Shown: piece by piece, positions 28,632 through 38,584 of the stretch | Numbering within the stretch: the first letter of the stretch is position 1 | Layout: each line of letters opens with the position of its first letter | Assembly: GCA_028284225.1 (NCBI GenBank) | Contig: JANQSD010000001.1 | Location: forward strand, 212,609 to 276,608 | Reading direction: 5' to 3' | DNA: 64,000 nucleotides | From: Arenicellales bacterium | Lineage (GTDB): Bacteria > Pseudomonadota > Gammaproteobacteria > Arenicellales > JAHEKD01 | The notes under the pieces: generated by a model | Database searches by the model: none | What the model saw: the letters and a program-made list of their open reading frames with translations, nothing else | Told to the model about the DNA's origin: nothing | Position numbers and translations under genes: made by a program

Positions 28632-29219
28632 CTATCGGGTTAATTGCTGAGTATATTCACGGATTGCTTGCGGATAGATGACGTGTTCGATTCGATGAAC
28701 TTTTTGTTGTAATGATTCAATATCATCATCAGCGTTAACCTTGCAGCGATCCTGAATAATAATCTTGCCACTGTCTAATTCACTGGTGACCACATGAACA
28801 GTTGCACCATGCTCCTGATCACCGGCTTCGAGTACCCGTTGGTGGGTGTTTAGCCCTTTGTATTTAGGCAATAGAGAAGGATGAATATTAAGAATTCGGT
28901 TAGGGAATTCAGCAACAAAATCGGGACTTAAAATTCGCATGAAACCGGCCAGAATAAGCAAGTCAGGTTGATAGTTATTCAATACAGCCAGAATTTCTTT
29001 TTCGAATTCAGCCTTGGATTCAAACTGAGTATGTTCAATGGCATAAGCGGGAATTTTATGTTTGCGGGCGCGCTCTAATCCGTAGGCGTTGGTGTTATTG
29101 CTGATAACGCATGCGATTTGTGCAGCAAGTTGGTCACTGGTAATCTGATCGATGATTGATTGTAAATTACTGCCGTTGCCTGAGATTAATACGGCTAATT
29201 TAGGGAGTGAGTCAGCCAT
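28632..29219 (-). CDS. purN: Phosphoribosylglycinamide formyltransferase PurN
   Basis: [21 protein letters not shown] and [12 protein letters not shown] are PurN motifs. ATG 29219 overlaps the purM stop (AATGGCTGA) and is preferred over the ORF opening at 29246. Confidence 0.92.
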   Translation of the reverse strand: MADSLPKLAVLISGNGSNLQSIIDQITSDQLAAQIACVISNNTNAYGLERARKHKIPAYAIEHTQFESKAEFEKEILAVLNNYQPDLLILAGFMRILSPDFVAEFPNRILNIHPSLLPKYKGLNTHQRVLEAGDQEHGATVHVVTSELDSGKIIIQDRCKVNADDDIESLQQKVHRIEHVIYPQAIREYTQQLTR

Positions 29220-30258
29220 TGAGTTCAACCAGCGGTTGGCCGTCACTCAGTGGATTTATGATTCCGGCTATCCAGGCTTGTTCGCCGGCGTTGTTTAAGA
29301 TGTTGACTGCATGTTCAGCGTCATTTGCATTGACGACCAGCATCATACCAATACCGCAGTTAAAGGTTTTGAACATTTCAGTATGATTGATATTGCCGTT
29401 CTGAGCCAGCCACTTGAAAACTTCTGGCAATTCCCAGCTGTCAAGCTCCACACTTGCCTTGGTGTCAGGTGGGAGGATGCGGTTCAGGTTGCCGGTTATA
29501 CCGCCACCAGTGATATGAGCAATGCCTTTTACACCAAGTTGCTGAATCAATTGAAGTACGGGTTTAACATAGATTCTTGTCGGTGCAATCAGTGCTTTAC
29601 TTAAGGTTGTGCCGGCGATGGGCATATCCAGTGGTGCTGAACTGATTTGCAAAATCTTTCGGATTAACGAAAAACCATTTGAATGAGGGCCTGAGGAGGC
29701 TAAAGCAATAATCTTGTCTCCCGGTGCAATAGTATTGCCGCTAATGATCCTGTCTTTTTCAACAATGCCGACGCAAAAGCCGGCCAGATCGTAATCTTCC
29801 TCATCATACATTCCGGGCATTTCAGCAGTTTCACCGCCGATCAGCGCCATGGCAGAGATTTCACAACCTTTGGCGATACCTTTGATAACGGTTGCTGCAA
29901 TATCGGTGTTTAATTTGCCGGTGGCATAATAATCCAGAAAGTATAACGGCTCCGCACCCTGAGCCAATATATCATTCACACACATGGCAACCAGGTCGAT
30001 ACCAATAGTTGAATGATCATCAAGCATTTGTGCTAATTTTAACTTGGTTCCTACACCGTCAGTTCCAGAGACCAGTACCGGTTTTTGATAGCGGTCTAGA
30101 GGTACTTCAAACAGGGCGCCGAAGCCACCGATGTTACCCAAGCACTCAGGTCGATGTGTCCGTTTTACATACGGTTTAATGGTTTCAACAAGCATATCAC
30201 CGGCATCAATATCGACACCAGCATCTTTGTAGCTTAATTCTTGAGTGGGTGACTTCAT
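29212..30258 (-). CDS. purM: Phosphoribosylformylglycinamidine cyclo-ligase PurM
   Basis: The 348-aa product has [21 protein letters not shown] and DYYATGKL. Confidence 0.95.
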   Translation of the reverse strand: MKSPTQELSYKDAGVDIDAGDMLVETIKPYVKRTHRPECLGNIGGFGALFEVPLDRYQKPVLVSGTDGVGTKLKLAQMLDDHSTIGIDLVAMCVNDILAQGAEPLYFLDYYATGKLNTDIAATVIKGIAKGCEISAMALIGGETAEMPGMYDEEDYDLAGFCVGIVEKDRIISGNTIAPGDKIIALASSGPHSNGFSLIRKILQISSAPLDMPIAGTTLSKALIAPTRIYVKPVLQLIQQLGVKGIAHITGGGITGNLNRILPPDTKASVELDSWELPEVFKWLAQNGNINHTEMFKTFNCGIGMMLVVNANDAEHAVNILNNAGEQAWIAGIINPLSDGQPLVELNG

Positions 30259-30356
30259 TAGTAGCTAAAAAAAGTTATCGTTCATGGGTTTGAACTATTT
30301 AAAAATAATGCGCCGTATCGTACCATATTTGGAAAATTTGATAAGCAACAAAAAGA

Positions 30357-30911
30357 TTGATTTATATTCCAAATTTATTGACGCTGCTACGCATCGGTCT
30401 GGTGCCGGTATTGATTTTATTGCTGCAAAATCAAGCATATACAATGGCGCTGTGGGTGTTTTTTGTCGCCGGTGTTACCGATGGCCTGGACGGGTTTATT
30501 GCCAAACGCTTCGGTTATGTGACCCGGCTTGGCTCGGTGCTTGACCCGCTCGCGGATAAGTTGTTAATACTAAGTACGTTTGTAATGTTAACAATTGCCG
30601 GTGATTTTCCTTTTTGGCTATTAATTATTGCCGCATTTAGAGATTTGATTATTATCACAGGTGTGGTGATTCTCACTCTTCTTTACGATCATTTTGAGAT
30701 GAAACCGATTTGGTCGAGTAAAATAAACACCTTTTTACAGATTGTCCTGGTAATTGTGTTACTCATTGAGAAAGCTAACTTGTTTGATTTGCAAATATTG
30801 ACTCAGTTGCTGATATGGTTGGTGACAATAACAATTTTGGTTAGCGGTTTTCAATATGTTTATGAATGGGGGATCCGTCGTGATTATATTGATAAGCCGA
30901 CACTCAAGTGA
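30357..30911 (+). CDS. CDP-alcohol phosphatidyltransferase family protein
   Basis: The motif DGLDGFIAKRFGYVTRLGSVLDPLADK (DG..AR...G...D...D) is present, and the protein is polytopic. The start is TTG. Confidence 0.8.
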   Translation: MIYIPNLLTLLRIGLVPVLILLLQNQAYTMALWVFFVAGVTDGLDGFIAKRFGYVTRLGSVLDPLADKLLILSTFVMLTIAGDFPFWLLIIAAFRDLIIITGVVILTLLYDHFEMKPIWSSKINTFLQIVLVIVLLIEKANLFDLQILTQLLIWLVTITILVSGFQYVYEWGIRRDYIDKPTLK

Positions 30912-31579
30912 ATCAGCAAATCTTATTTAGTTCGGCCGATCAGTCGCAACAGAATTTCGAGAATTTTTACCCGGCTGAAAACCAAAACGTCATTGACGCG
31001 ATTAAGGTGTTTTTAGCGGCTGAAAGTTTTGGTTGTTTTTATCTTTATGGTCAAAGCGGCAGCGGTAAAACCCACTTGCTGAATTCGATTTGTAGTCATG
31101 AGAAGCAGGCCAGTTATTTGGATTTAGCTGATCCGGACCAGGAGCTTGAAGCGCTTAGTTCGGAGCAACAGCTTGATTGTCTGGTGCTTGATAACTTCCA
31201 GATGATCGGTGGCGCTGAATCAACTATGCTGCTGATTTACGAAACACTAAAACAGAATCCAGGTAAACTATTTATTGCCTCGACAATGCCGCCTAAAGCG
31301 TTGAATTTAAAGCTTCGTGATCTAGAGTCACGTTTGCTGGCAGGACAGGTATTCGAGCTTAAATTGTTGAATGATGAAGATAAGGCAGCTGCCTTAAAGC
31401 ATCGGGCAGAATTACGCGGTTTTGAGTTAAGTGATGAAGTGTTGAATTACATCATCAACCGATACCCGAGAGATTTTAAAACTTTGTTTGGTTTGCTGGA
31501 TAAATTTGATGATGCTTCTTTAAGCAGCCAACGAAAGCTGACTGTGCCATTTATTAAACAATTGGAAAGTAAATGCTAA
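30908..31579 (+). CDS. hda: DnaA regulatory inactivator Hda
   Basis: The 223-aa AAA+ protein has YLYGQSGSGKTHLL and FENFYPAENQ near the N-terminus. The neighbourhood near purMN matches enterobacteria. Confidence 0.8.
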   Translation: MNQQILFSSADQSQQNFENFYPAENQNVIDAIKVFLAAESFGCFYLYGQSGSGKTHLLNSICSHEKQASYLDLADPDQELEALSSEQQLDCLVLDNFQMIGGAESTMLLIYETLKQNPGKLFIASTMPPKALNLKLRDLESRLLAGQVFELKLLNDEDKAAALKHRAELRGFELSDEVLNYIINRYPRDFKTLFGLLDKFDDASLSSQRKLTVPFIKQLESKC

Positions 31580-31989
31580 TTCGTCCCTATCAAGAAAATG
31601 ATGAAACTGCGGTAATTGCCTTATGGGAAAAGTCAGGCTTGACCAGACCCTGGAATGATCCACAAAAGGATATAGTTCGTAAACTTAAGGTGCAGGCAGA
31701 TTGGTTTGTAGTTGCAGAGCAGGATCAGCAAATTGTGGCATCGGTAATGGCCGGTTATGACGGTCACCGAGGTTGGATTAATTATCTCGCCGTCGACCCT
31801 TTGCTGCAAGGTCAGGGCGTGGGCCGTAGAATAATGCACTATGTTGAGCAGCAGCTGCTTGAATTTGGTTGCCCAAAAATTAATCTGCAAATTCGTAAAA
31901 GCAACGAAGAAGCTATTTCGTTTTATCGAAAAATAGGTTATAGCGAAGATGAAGTGTTGTCATTCGGTAAGCGGCTTATTCCAGATTAA
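31573..31989 (+). CDS. GNAT-family N-acetyltransferase
   Basis: The acetyl-CoA site is LAVDPLLQGQGVGRRIM. Confidence 0.85.
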   Translation: MLIRPYQENDETAVIALWEKSGLTRPWNDPQKDIVRKLKVQADWFVVAEQDQQIVASVMAGYDGHRGWINYLAVDPLLQGQGVGRRIMHYVEQQLLEFGCPKINLQIRKSNEEAISFYRKIGYSEDEVLSFGKRLIPD

Positions 31990-32000
31990 TCTTGATTACC

Positions 32001-32262
32001 CCCTCTAACTCCCCCTGAAAGGGGGAGAATGGATAATTCCTGGGTTTGGTTGAAGTTTACCAAAGACTGCCAGGTCCAGATTCCAACTAATATCGTTCCC
32101 TCTAACTCCCCCTGAAAGGGGGGGAATGGATAATTCCTGAGTTTGGTTGAAGTTTACCAAAGACTGCCAGGTCCAGATTCTAACTAATGCCGTTCCCTCT
32201 AACTCCCCCTGAAAGGGGGAGAACTTGTTCCTCCCCTGTCAGGGGAGGCTAGGAGGGGTTCT
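32001..32262. repeat. 97-bp tandem repeat, about 2.3 copies plus a terminal extra hairpin
   Basis: Units start at 32001, 32098 and 32195 and are nearly identical. Each begins with the hairpin ctccccc-tgaaa-gggggag. Each also holds a second bipartite stem, cctgg.tttggt...accaaa.....ccagg. The array ends with cctcccc-tgtc-aggggagg. Confidence 0.85.
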
Positions 32263-32330
32263 TTGTTTTAATGCCCGTTTCATTTCCCGGTGAATTGGAT
32301 CAGGGCTTGTTGGAATTGCTGAACTCCGAA

Positions 32331-32921
32331 TCATTGCCGATGGGATCGAAGTTGTTTAGCCGCGAAGGCCAGGCGTTTACCCATCGCCAGGCAAAGTTGT
32401 TTTTCATCTTTATCGATATCGCGGCTATTTGTACCATCGACGTGGCTGGGGCCGTAGGGAGTGCCACCGGTTTGGGTGTTATTCAAAGTGGCTTCAGTAT
32501 AGGGCAGTCCCATCACCAGCATACCATGATGCAACAGCGGAACTAGCATACTCATCAGGGCCATCTCCTGACCACCATGCATACTGCCGGAACTGGTAAA
32601 CGCACACGCCGGTTTGCCTGAAAGTGTGCCGTTCATCCATAAAGGTGTAGAGTCGTCAATGAAGGCTTTTAACGGTGCCGCCAAGCCTCCATAATAACTG
32701 GGACTGCCGATAGCCAGGCCGGCACAATGCTTTAAATCCGCCTGGCTAACGATTGGATGTTCACAGTCTTTATCCGCCTGGCGCTGGTCATCAAGCTCTG
32801 CAACACAACGTATAACAGCTTCACAATCCTGGGCCATGTTAATGCCACGCGCCACAAGCTTAGCTATTTTGGCCGTTGCGCCGTGCCGACTATAGTAAAT
32901 AACCAGTATCGGAGTGCTCAC
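32331..32921 (-). CDS. wrbA: NAD(P)H:quinone oxidoreductase, WrbA/flavodoxin-like
   Basis: ILVIYYSRHGATAKIA is a flavodoxin-like FMN site. The product is 196 aa. Confidence 0.8.
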   Translation of the reverse strand: MSTPILVIYYSRHGATAKIAKLVARGINMAQDCEAVIRCVAELDDQRQADKDCEHPIVSQADLKHCAGLAIGSPSYYGGLAAPLKAFIDDSTPLWMNGTLSGKPACAFTSSGSMHGGQEMALMSMLVPLLHHGMLVMGLPYTEATLNNTQTGGTPYGPSHVDGTNSRDIDKDEKQLCLAMGKRLAFAAKQLRSHRQ

Positions 32922-33265
32922 AAGATATCCAATACATTTTCTGGCGGACGGCCGATCACAGCTCTGTTATTGGCGATAACGATGGGTCTTTGTAATAATG
33001 CAGGATGAGCAATAATGGCCTCAAGTAATTGATCCTGACTCAAATTCGGCTTATCTAAACCGAGCTCAAGGTAAATGGCATCGCCGGTTCGCATAATTTC
33101 CCGCGTATCAACGTTTAACAATCCAAGAATTTTTTGCAGTTCTTTTAGGGTCAACTTAACGTGCAAATATTCAATAATCTGCGGGGATACGCCGGTTTCT
33201 TCAATTAAGCCCAAGGTTTGTCTGGACTTCGAACAACGTGGATTATGATAAATAGTAACGGTCAT
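32918..33265 (-). CDS. arsC: Arsenate reductase, glutaredoxin-coupled ArsC family
   Basis: IYHNPRCSKSRQTL parallels E. coli ArsC IYHNPACGTSRNTL, and the C-terminus ends LLQRPIV...RPPENVLDIL. Confidence 0.8.
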   Translation of the reverse strand: MTVTIYHNPRCSKSRQTLGLIEETGVSPQIIEYLHVKLTLKELQKILGLLNVDTREIMRTGDAIYLELGLDKPNLSQDQLLEAIIAHPALLQRPIVIANNRAVIGRPPENVLDIL

Positions 33266-33306
33266 CGTGATATTCTATAACACATGTAAAATCCTTGAAG
33301 TAAAAA

Positions 33307-34149
33307 ATGGACAAACCTGTTGAGATTTGGAATTCGTTTCGAGACGGCCTTAAGCAAATATTTACCGAAAACACGATGAACATGGCGGCTTCGCTTTCTT
33401 ATACATCGTTACTGGCGTTAGTGCCGCTGGCCACGGTGGTACTGTCTATGTTTTCTCTATTTCCAGTATTTTCAAACTGGTCTGAACAATTACAGGAATT
33501 TATTTATAACAATCTGGTTCCAGCAGCTGGTGATGTAATTAAGGACAATATTGACAGTTTTGTAGGCAAGGCAGGACGCTTAACCACTTTCGGCCTGGTA
33601 TTCTTGATGGTGACGGCATTGATGATGTTATCGACCATAGAAAACAGCCTGAATAAAATCTGGCGTGTACATCGTGGGCGTTCTGTCAGTCAACGGATTT
33701 TGGTGTATTGGGCAATGATTTCACTGGGACCACTATTGATTGGCTCGGGTTTGTCCATAACCTCCTATTTTGCGGCTTCCAGTGCGTTTAAGGCGATTGA
33801 TGGAGGTGTTAGCAGTGCTTTTGGCATACAAATGTTGCCTTTTTTATTTGAGTCAGCGGCTTTTGTATTAGCCTATATGTTGGTACCGAACTGCAGAGTT
33901 CGGTTTTCCCATGCCGTGATTGGCGGTGTAATTGCATCATTAATATTTCAATTGGCCAAAAAGGGTTTCGCATTTTATGTGACCAAATTTAATACTTACG
34001 AAGTGATTTACGGTGCACTTGCAACCTTACCGATTTTTCTAATCTGGATATTTGTCTCCTGGTGTGTGTTTTTACTTGGTGCTCAGGTTGCAGCTGCGAT
34101 GGGGCGTTTAAGAAAAGATAACACAGCAGAGGATCTGGTTGAGAGTTGA
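33307..34149 (+). CDS. YihY/BrkB-family inner membrane protein
   Basis: The 280-aa polytopic protein has AASLSYTSLLALVPL and N..W, typical of YihY. Confidence 0.8.
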   Translation: MDKPVEIWNSFRDGLKQIFTENTMNMAASLSYTSLLALVPLATVVLSMFSLFPVFSNWSEQLQEFIYNNLVPAAGDVIKDNIDSFVGKAGRLTTFGLVFLMVTALMMLSTIENSLNKIWRVHRGRSVSQRILVYWAMISLGPLLIGSGLSITSYFAASSAFKAIDGGVSSAFGIQMLPFLFESAAFVLAYMLVPNCRVRFSHAVIGGVIASLIFQLAKKGFAFYVTKFNTYEVIYGALATLPIFLIWIFVSWCVFLLGAQVAAAMGRLRKDNTAEDLVES

Positions 34150-34418
34150 AATCGGTTCGTTACCTGATATTTGGTCGCGTACAGGGTGTAGCTTATCGGG
34201 CGTTTGCCAGGGATTTAGCGCAGCAGCTCGGTGTTGCAGGGTGGGTTAGAAATAGGCCAGACGGTTCAGTTGAGTGTGTGGCCGCAGCTGACGGGGAAGT
34301 TCTCAGGTTTTTTGAAATTGAATTGAAAAAGGGACCACGTTGGGGCCGAGTGGATAAAATCGAAATTTATGAATGCCGACAAGCCTTTGACTCATCCATA
34401 TTTAAGATCAGGTATTAA
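34146..34418 (+). CDS. Acylphosphatase
   Basis: The signature is FGRVQGVAYRAF...GWVRNRPDGSVE. The product is 90 aa. Confidence 0.85.
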   Translation: MKSVRYLIFGRVQGVAYRAFARDLAQQLGVAGWVRNRPDGSVECVAAADGEVLRFFEIELKKGPRWGRVDKIEIYECRQAFDSSIFKIRY

Positions 34419-34494
34419 TCCTGGATTAGGATGAAGGCTGGACCCAGACCGGCCAGACACGATAGCCGACCCGGGTCCAAACTACACAGGGGGG

Positions 34495-34707
34495 TTAGCT
34501 TCCCAACAGCGCCGCATATTCCTCTAAAGAAATTGCGCCGTCGCTGTCTGTATCTGCAGTTGCGAAATCCAGGCCTTCAATCACAGAAGCTTCATCAACG
34601 CTTAACACTCCATCAGCGTTAACATCTACCTCACTGAATTCAGGCATATCACCTGCATAAGCAGCAGTGGTTAATAAAAAAGCGGCTGGAAATAAAATAT
34701 TTTTCAT
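34495..34707 (-). CDS. Small exported EF-hand calcium-binding protein
   Basis: A signal peptide is followed by two canonical EF loops, DVNADGVLSVDE and DTDSDGAISLEE. Confidence 0.75.
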   Translation of the reverse strand: MKNILFPAAFLLTTAAYAGDMPEFSEVDVNADGVLSVDEASVIEGLDFATADTDSDGAISLEEYAALLGS

Positions 34708-34961
34708 GGTTTACTCCTTATAAACAAAAAACTTTTAACCCAGAAAATGTAATAAGCTTCTTACATATTTCGGATTTAACACCGCTTGTTTAACAAACCT
34801 TAGCAGGATTTTGATATGCCTGGATTTGTTAAAGCCTCCTTTGACATCAAGCTTTTATAAGCGGCAAGAACACTTTAATCTGAGTCAGTGAACAAAAACT
34901 TAAGGTTGTGAATACTTAGGAAGTTAAGCTAAAAAATGCCCTCTAACCCGATGAAATTAAA

Positions 34962-35522
34962 GTGAAAAATAAATATTACCGACGGTCAAGACTCGACACT
35001 AAGGTGTTCCAAAAAGTGTTGTTAAATTTTGCTAAGGACAACACTGCAACACAGACAGCACAATTAACCAAAGTGAGTATTCGATCTGTTAACAGCATCT
35101 ATTTAAAGTTGCGCCAGAGTATGGCTTTAGAACTGGACAAGCAATGGGAACAATTAAAGATTAACCATGGTGAAGAAGTCAAAATGAGTCGACGGCCGAT
35201 AGTGCGGCCTTGCCAGCAAAATGGCCGAAAGATTTTAGTGCTGGTGCTGAGTCGACATCATGAGCGCGTGCATTTAGAAGTGGTTCCTGATGCCAGGAAA
35301 GACGATTCCAGAGTATTGAATGATAAAACCCCGATAGCCATAAATGCGCAAGATAAACTCTCCGAGCAGTTATGGCTTTTTCTCGATGAGCGGCTTTCTA
35401 CATTTAGAGGAATATCGAGCAACACATTTGCTATGCATGTTAAAGAAACCGCATTTCGATTTAACCATCAAGATGATTTGTATCAGCAATTGATTGCGAT
35501 GTTGGAGCAGGAGCCGTTGTAA
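34962..35522 (+). CDS. IS1595-family (IS1016-group-like) transposase homologue, shortened
   Basis: The N-terminal HTH-like LLNFAKDNTATQTAQLTKVSIRSVNSIYLKLR and the C-terminal FAMHVKETAFRFNH resemble the IS1016-type ends (..YLKECEWRFNN). The central catalytic region looks collapsed. Confidence 0.5.
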   Translation: MKNKYYRRSRLDTKVFQKVLLNFAKDNTATQTAQLTKVSIRSVNSIYLKLRQSMALELDKQWEQLKINHGEEVKMSRRPIVRPCQQNGRKILVLVLSRHHERVHLEVVPDARKDDSRVLNDKTPIAINAQDKLSEQLWLFLDERLSTFRGISSNTFAMHVKETAFRFNHQDDLYQQLIAMLEQEPL

Positions 35523-35567
35523 ACGGCACCTGATTAAGTTCTTTAATGAGGAACAAATGTATATAGA

Positions 35568-35591
35568 GATCCCGCGACGGGGCGCGGGACA
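35568..35591. repeat. REP-like GC hairpin (gatcccgcg-acgggg-cgcgggaca)
   Basis: The hairpin lies between the convergent 3' ends of the IS1016-like gene and proS. It has no U-tract. It belongs to the same family as 7268-7290. Confidence 0.5.
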
Positions 35592-35605
35592 AGCTTGCTA
35601 TAAAT

Positions 35606-37321
35606 TTATTGAGTGCTTGTTTTTGATTTAATAAAATTTAGAACTTGATCAGCCTGAACAGCTTCGCCATCCTCAGCGCTGCGATATTTATATTCCATTT
35701 GATTCTTTTCCAGGCTTTTTTCGCCAATAGTAATTCGATGTGGAATACCGATTAGCTCCATATCCGAGAATAAAACGCCGGGTCGTTCATTACGATCATC
35801 AAGCAGCACTTCAACACCGGTATCGACTAATTGTTGGTAGAGCTGATCGGCGGCTTGCCGCACTTTTTCTGAGCGCTTATAACCAATAGCGACAATGCAA
35901 ACACTAAATGGCGTAATTGACTCAGGCCAGATGATGCCGGCTTCATCATGATTTTGTTCGATCGCCGCTGCAACGATTCTGGAAACACCGATGCCATAGC
36001 AACCCATGTATAAAAGCGTTTTTTCACCATGCTCATTCAAGCAATAGGCATTCATGGAACGGCTATATTTGCGACCGAGTTGGAATACATGACCAACCTC
36101 TATGCCTCGACGTATTGATATGGTCTCGCCATTCTGAGCCCCGGGGCAGGGGTCGCCCTGTAGTGCTTGTCGCAAATCGGCGATTTCGGCAAGTGGCAAA
36201 TCTCGTTCCCAATTAACACCGACCAGATGCTTTTCAGGTTTATTTGCACCGCAGATGAAGTCAGCCATTACGGCGACGCTCTGGTCAATAACTATAGGTA
36301 AATTTAAACCTACCGGACCAATTGATCCTGGCTCTGCACCAATTTCCCGGCTAATTTCATCCTGGCTGGCAAATGCAATAGGGCTGATTACATTCTCCAG
36401 CGCTTCAGCTTTGACGGCATTTAATTCATGATCACCCCGGATAACTAGAGCGACTAATCCATCCTCACCTTTCACAATTAGTGTTTTAACTGTCTGTGAG
36501 GCTGAAACATTAAGCGAAGTTGCAAGTTGCTCAATAGTTTTAACATCCGGAGTATTGACTTCACGCATTGGCTCACTAGCCTCAGGCCGGGAATCAGCTG
36601 GAGGCGGTAGTGCAACCGTTTCAACATTGGCTGCAAATTCCAGGGCTTTACAAAATGCTATGTCGTCCTCTCCAGAGTCTGCCAAGACATGAAACTCATG
36701 TGATGAACTGCCGCCGATTGCACCGTTATCGGCTTCGACAGCCGAGAATTCTAGCCCTAAGCGGGTAAAAATCTTTTGATAAGCCGCATACATGATGTCA
36801 TAAGCTTTTTGCAGGCCTTCTTTATCGACATCAAATGAATAAGCATCCTTCATGATGAATTCGCGTCCACGCATAATACCGAACCTAGGCCTGACCTCAT
36901 CACGGAATTTAGTCTGTATCTGGTATAGATTTAGAGGGAGTTGCCTATAGCTGCGAATTTCATTTTTAACCAATGTAGTGATTACTTCCTCATGGGTAGG
37001 GCCCAGGCAAAAATCGCGGTTATGACGATCATTCAGACGCAGTAATTCAGGCCCATAATCCTCCCAACGACCGGATTCACGCCATAATTCGGCAGGCTGT
37101 ACCCCCGGCATGAGAACTTCCAGCGCACCGGAATTGTTCATTTCCTCACGGACTATTGCCTCGACTTTTTGCAATACTCTCAGACCCAGAGGCAGCCAGT
37201 TATAAATGCCTGCCGCGACCTGCCTAACCATGCCTGCTCTGAGCATTAGCTGATGACTGACAACTTCCGCATCTGAAGGTGTTTCTTTTAATGTGGCTAA
37301 TAAGTAATCCGATGTCCGCAT
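35606..37321 (-). CDS. proS: Proline-tRNA ligase
   Basis: The 571-aa product begins [30 protein letters not shown] and has class II motifs and an insertion (editing) domain. Confidence 0.95.
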   Translation of the reverse strand: MRTSDYLLATLKETPSDAEVVSHQLMLRAGMVRQVAAGIYNWLPLGLRVLQKVEAIVREEMNNSGALEVLMPGVQPAELWRESGRWEDYGPELLRLNDRHNRDFCLGPTHEEVITTLVKNEIRSYRQLPLNLYQIQTKFRDEVRPRFGIMRGREFIMKDAYSFDVDKEGLQKAYDIMYAAYQKIFTRLGLEFSAVEADNGAIGGSSSHEFHVLADSGEDDIAFCKALEFAANVETVALPPPADSRPEASEPMREVNTPDVKTIEQLATSLNVSASQTVKTLIVKGEDGLVALVIRGDHELNAVKAEALENVISPIAFASQDEISREIGAEPGSIGPVGLNLPIVIDQSVAVMADFICGANKPEKHLVGVNWERDLPLAEIADLRQALQGDPCPGAQNGETISIRRGIEVGHVFQLGRKYSRSMNAYCLNEHGEKTLLYMGCYGIGVSRIVAAAIEQNHDEAGIIWPESITPFSVCIVAIGYKRSEKVRQAADQLYQQLVDTGVEVLLDDRNERPGVLFSDMELIGIPHRITIGEKSLEKNQMEYKYRSAEDGEAVQADQVLNFIKSKTSTQ

Positions 37322-37404
37322 TGTCTATACGCGTTAAATTTAAACCGGCTAAGTATACCTTGATTCTGTAAAATGTAATGGCTAGAAATATCGAGATTTA
37401 AACG

Positions 37405-38034
37405 ATGATATACACGCGCAGAAAAATCTTAACATCTACTGCTCTGATGGCGATCTCCCCGGCGCTTTTTGCAGAAGAATTATTTAAAACACCACGAATG
37501 ACGGCCGGTCCGTTTTATCCGGATAAGTTACCATTGGACAAGGACAATGACTTAATCATCGTTAATGACTCAATTACACCGGCAGTTGGACAGGTTCTAC
37601 ATCTTTCAGGTCAGGTGATGGATACTAAAGGCCGTAAAATTAAAGATGCTCTGGTGGAAATTTGGCAAGTCGATGCAAACGGCCGTTATTTACATAGCCG
37701 TGATTACAGAGAAACTGAAAATGATAAGCATTTTCAGGGCTATGGCCTGTTTCAGACCGATGCCAACGGCGCCTATAAATTTCGAACAATACGACCTGTC
37801 GAGTACGGTAGTGGATTTGCACGGCGTACGCCTCACATTCATATTGCGATTACGTCCCGGCAGCATAAACCCCTGGTATCACAAATTTTTTTCGCAGATG
37901 AAGATAATAGTGATGACGGCTTATGGTCACGATTATCTGAAGCCCAGCGACGAGCATTAAGTGTTCTTCCCCAGGCCGTAGAAGGCTCGCAGATTAATGA
38001 ACAAACTGCAGTATTTAATATAATCCTGGGTTAA
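37405..38034 (+). CDS. Intradiol ring-cleavage dioxygenase-family protein with Tat-type signal
   Basis: The Tat-type signal is TRRKILTSTALMAISPALFA. The intradiol dioxygenase core is ANGRYLHS...RTPHIHIAI. Confidence 0.7.
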   Translation: MIYTRRKILTSTALMAISPALFAEELFKTPRMTAGPFYPDKLPLDKDNDLIIVNDSITPAVGQVLHLSGQVMDTKGRKIKDALVEIWQVDANGRYLHSRDYRETENDKHFQGYGLFQTDANGAYKFRTIRPVEYGSGFARRTPHIHIAITSRQHKPLVSQIFFADEDNSDDGLWSRLSEAQRRALSVLPQAVEGSQINEQTAVFNIILG

Positions 38035-38053
38035 ATAGAAAGTACTGCTAGAC

Positions 38054-38584
38054 ATGACAACTCGCATACGTACTGCTGACCCTCAAGATGCAGATGAAAT
38101 TCTGAGTATCTATAGGCCTTATGTTGAGCATACAGCGATCAGTTTTGAGCAAGTGGTGCCAAGCAGTGTTGAAATAGCCGAACGGATCCGGTCCATAACG
38201 CAAAATTACGCTTGGTTGCTATACGAATCTGAGGAACAACTGCTTGGTTACGCTTATGCGACGGGTTTTCGGGCACGACCGGCTTATCGCTGGACTGTTG
38301 AGACGACAATTTATCTTGCCAAGCAGGCCAGGGGCTCCGCTATCGCTACCCAACTTTATCAAGCTTTGTTTGATAATTTAGCGCATCGCGGATTTTATAC
38401 GGCAGTTGCTGTGGTGACCGAGCCCAATCCGGCTAGTGAAAAATTTCACCGGAAAATGGGGTTCGAAAAAATCGGTATATTTAGAGCTGTCGGCTATAAG
38501 CTAAACCAGTGGCATGATGTTGGCTGGTGGCAAAAACAGTTGCAGGATTATTCAATAGCACCCACTCAGGGGAGAAAATCTTGA
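38054..38584 (+). CDS. GNAT acetyltransferase, phosphinothricin/methionine-sulfoximine acetyltransferase-like
   Basis: IRTADPQDADEILSIYRPYVEHTAISFE and KFHRKMGFEKIG are typical of the PAT/YwnH group. Confidence 0.8.
   Translation: MTTRIRTADPQDADEILSIYRPYVEHTAISFEQVVPSSVEIAERIRSITQNYAWLLYESEEQLLGYAYATGFRARPAYRWTVETTIYLAKQARGSAIATQLYQALFDNLAHRGFYTAVAVVTEPNPASEKFHRKMGFEKIGIFRAVGYKLNQWHDVGWWQKQLQDYSIAPTQGRKS

Noticed and set aside
32001-32262. CRISPR array
   Set aside because: The repeat period is 97 bp and whole units are near-identical, so there are no unique spacers. There are only about 2.3 copies and no cas genes in the window.
32271-32546. 91-aa plus-strand ORF overlapping the wrbA 3' half, and the 63-aa ORF at 34431-34622 opposite the EF-hand gene
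   Set aside because: Both are antisense to genes with clear family motifs and have no independent support.
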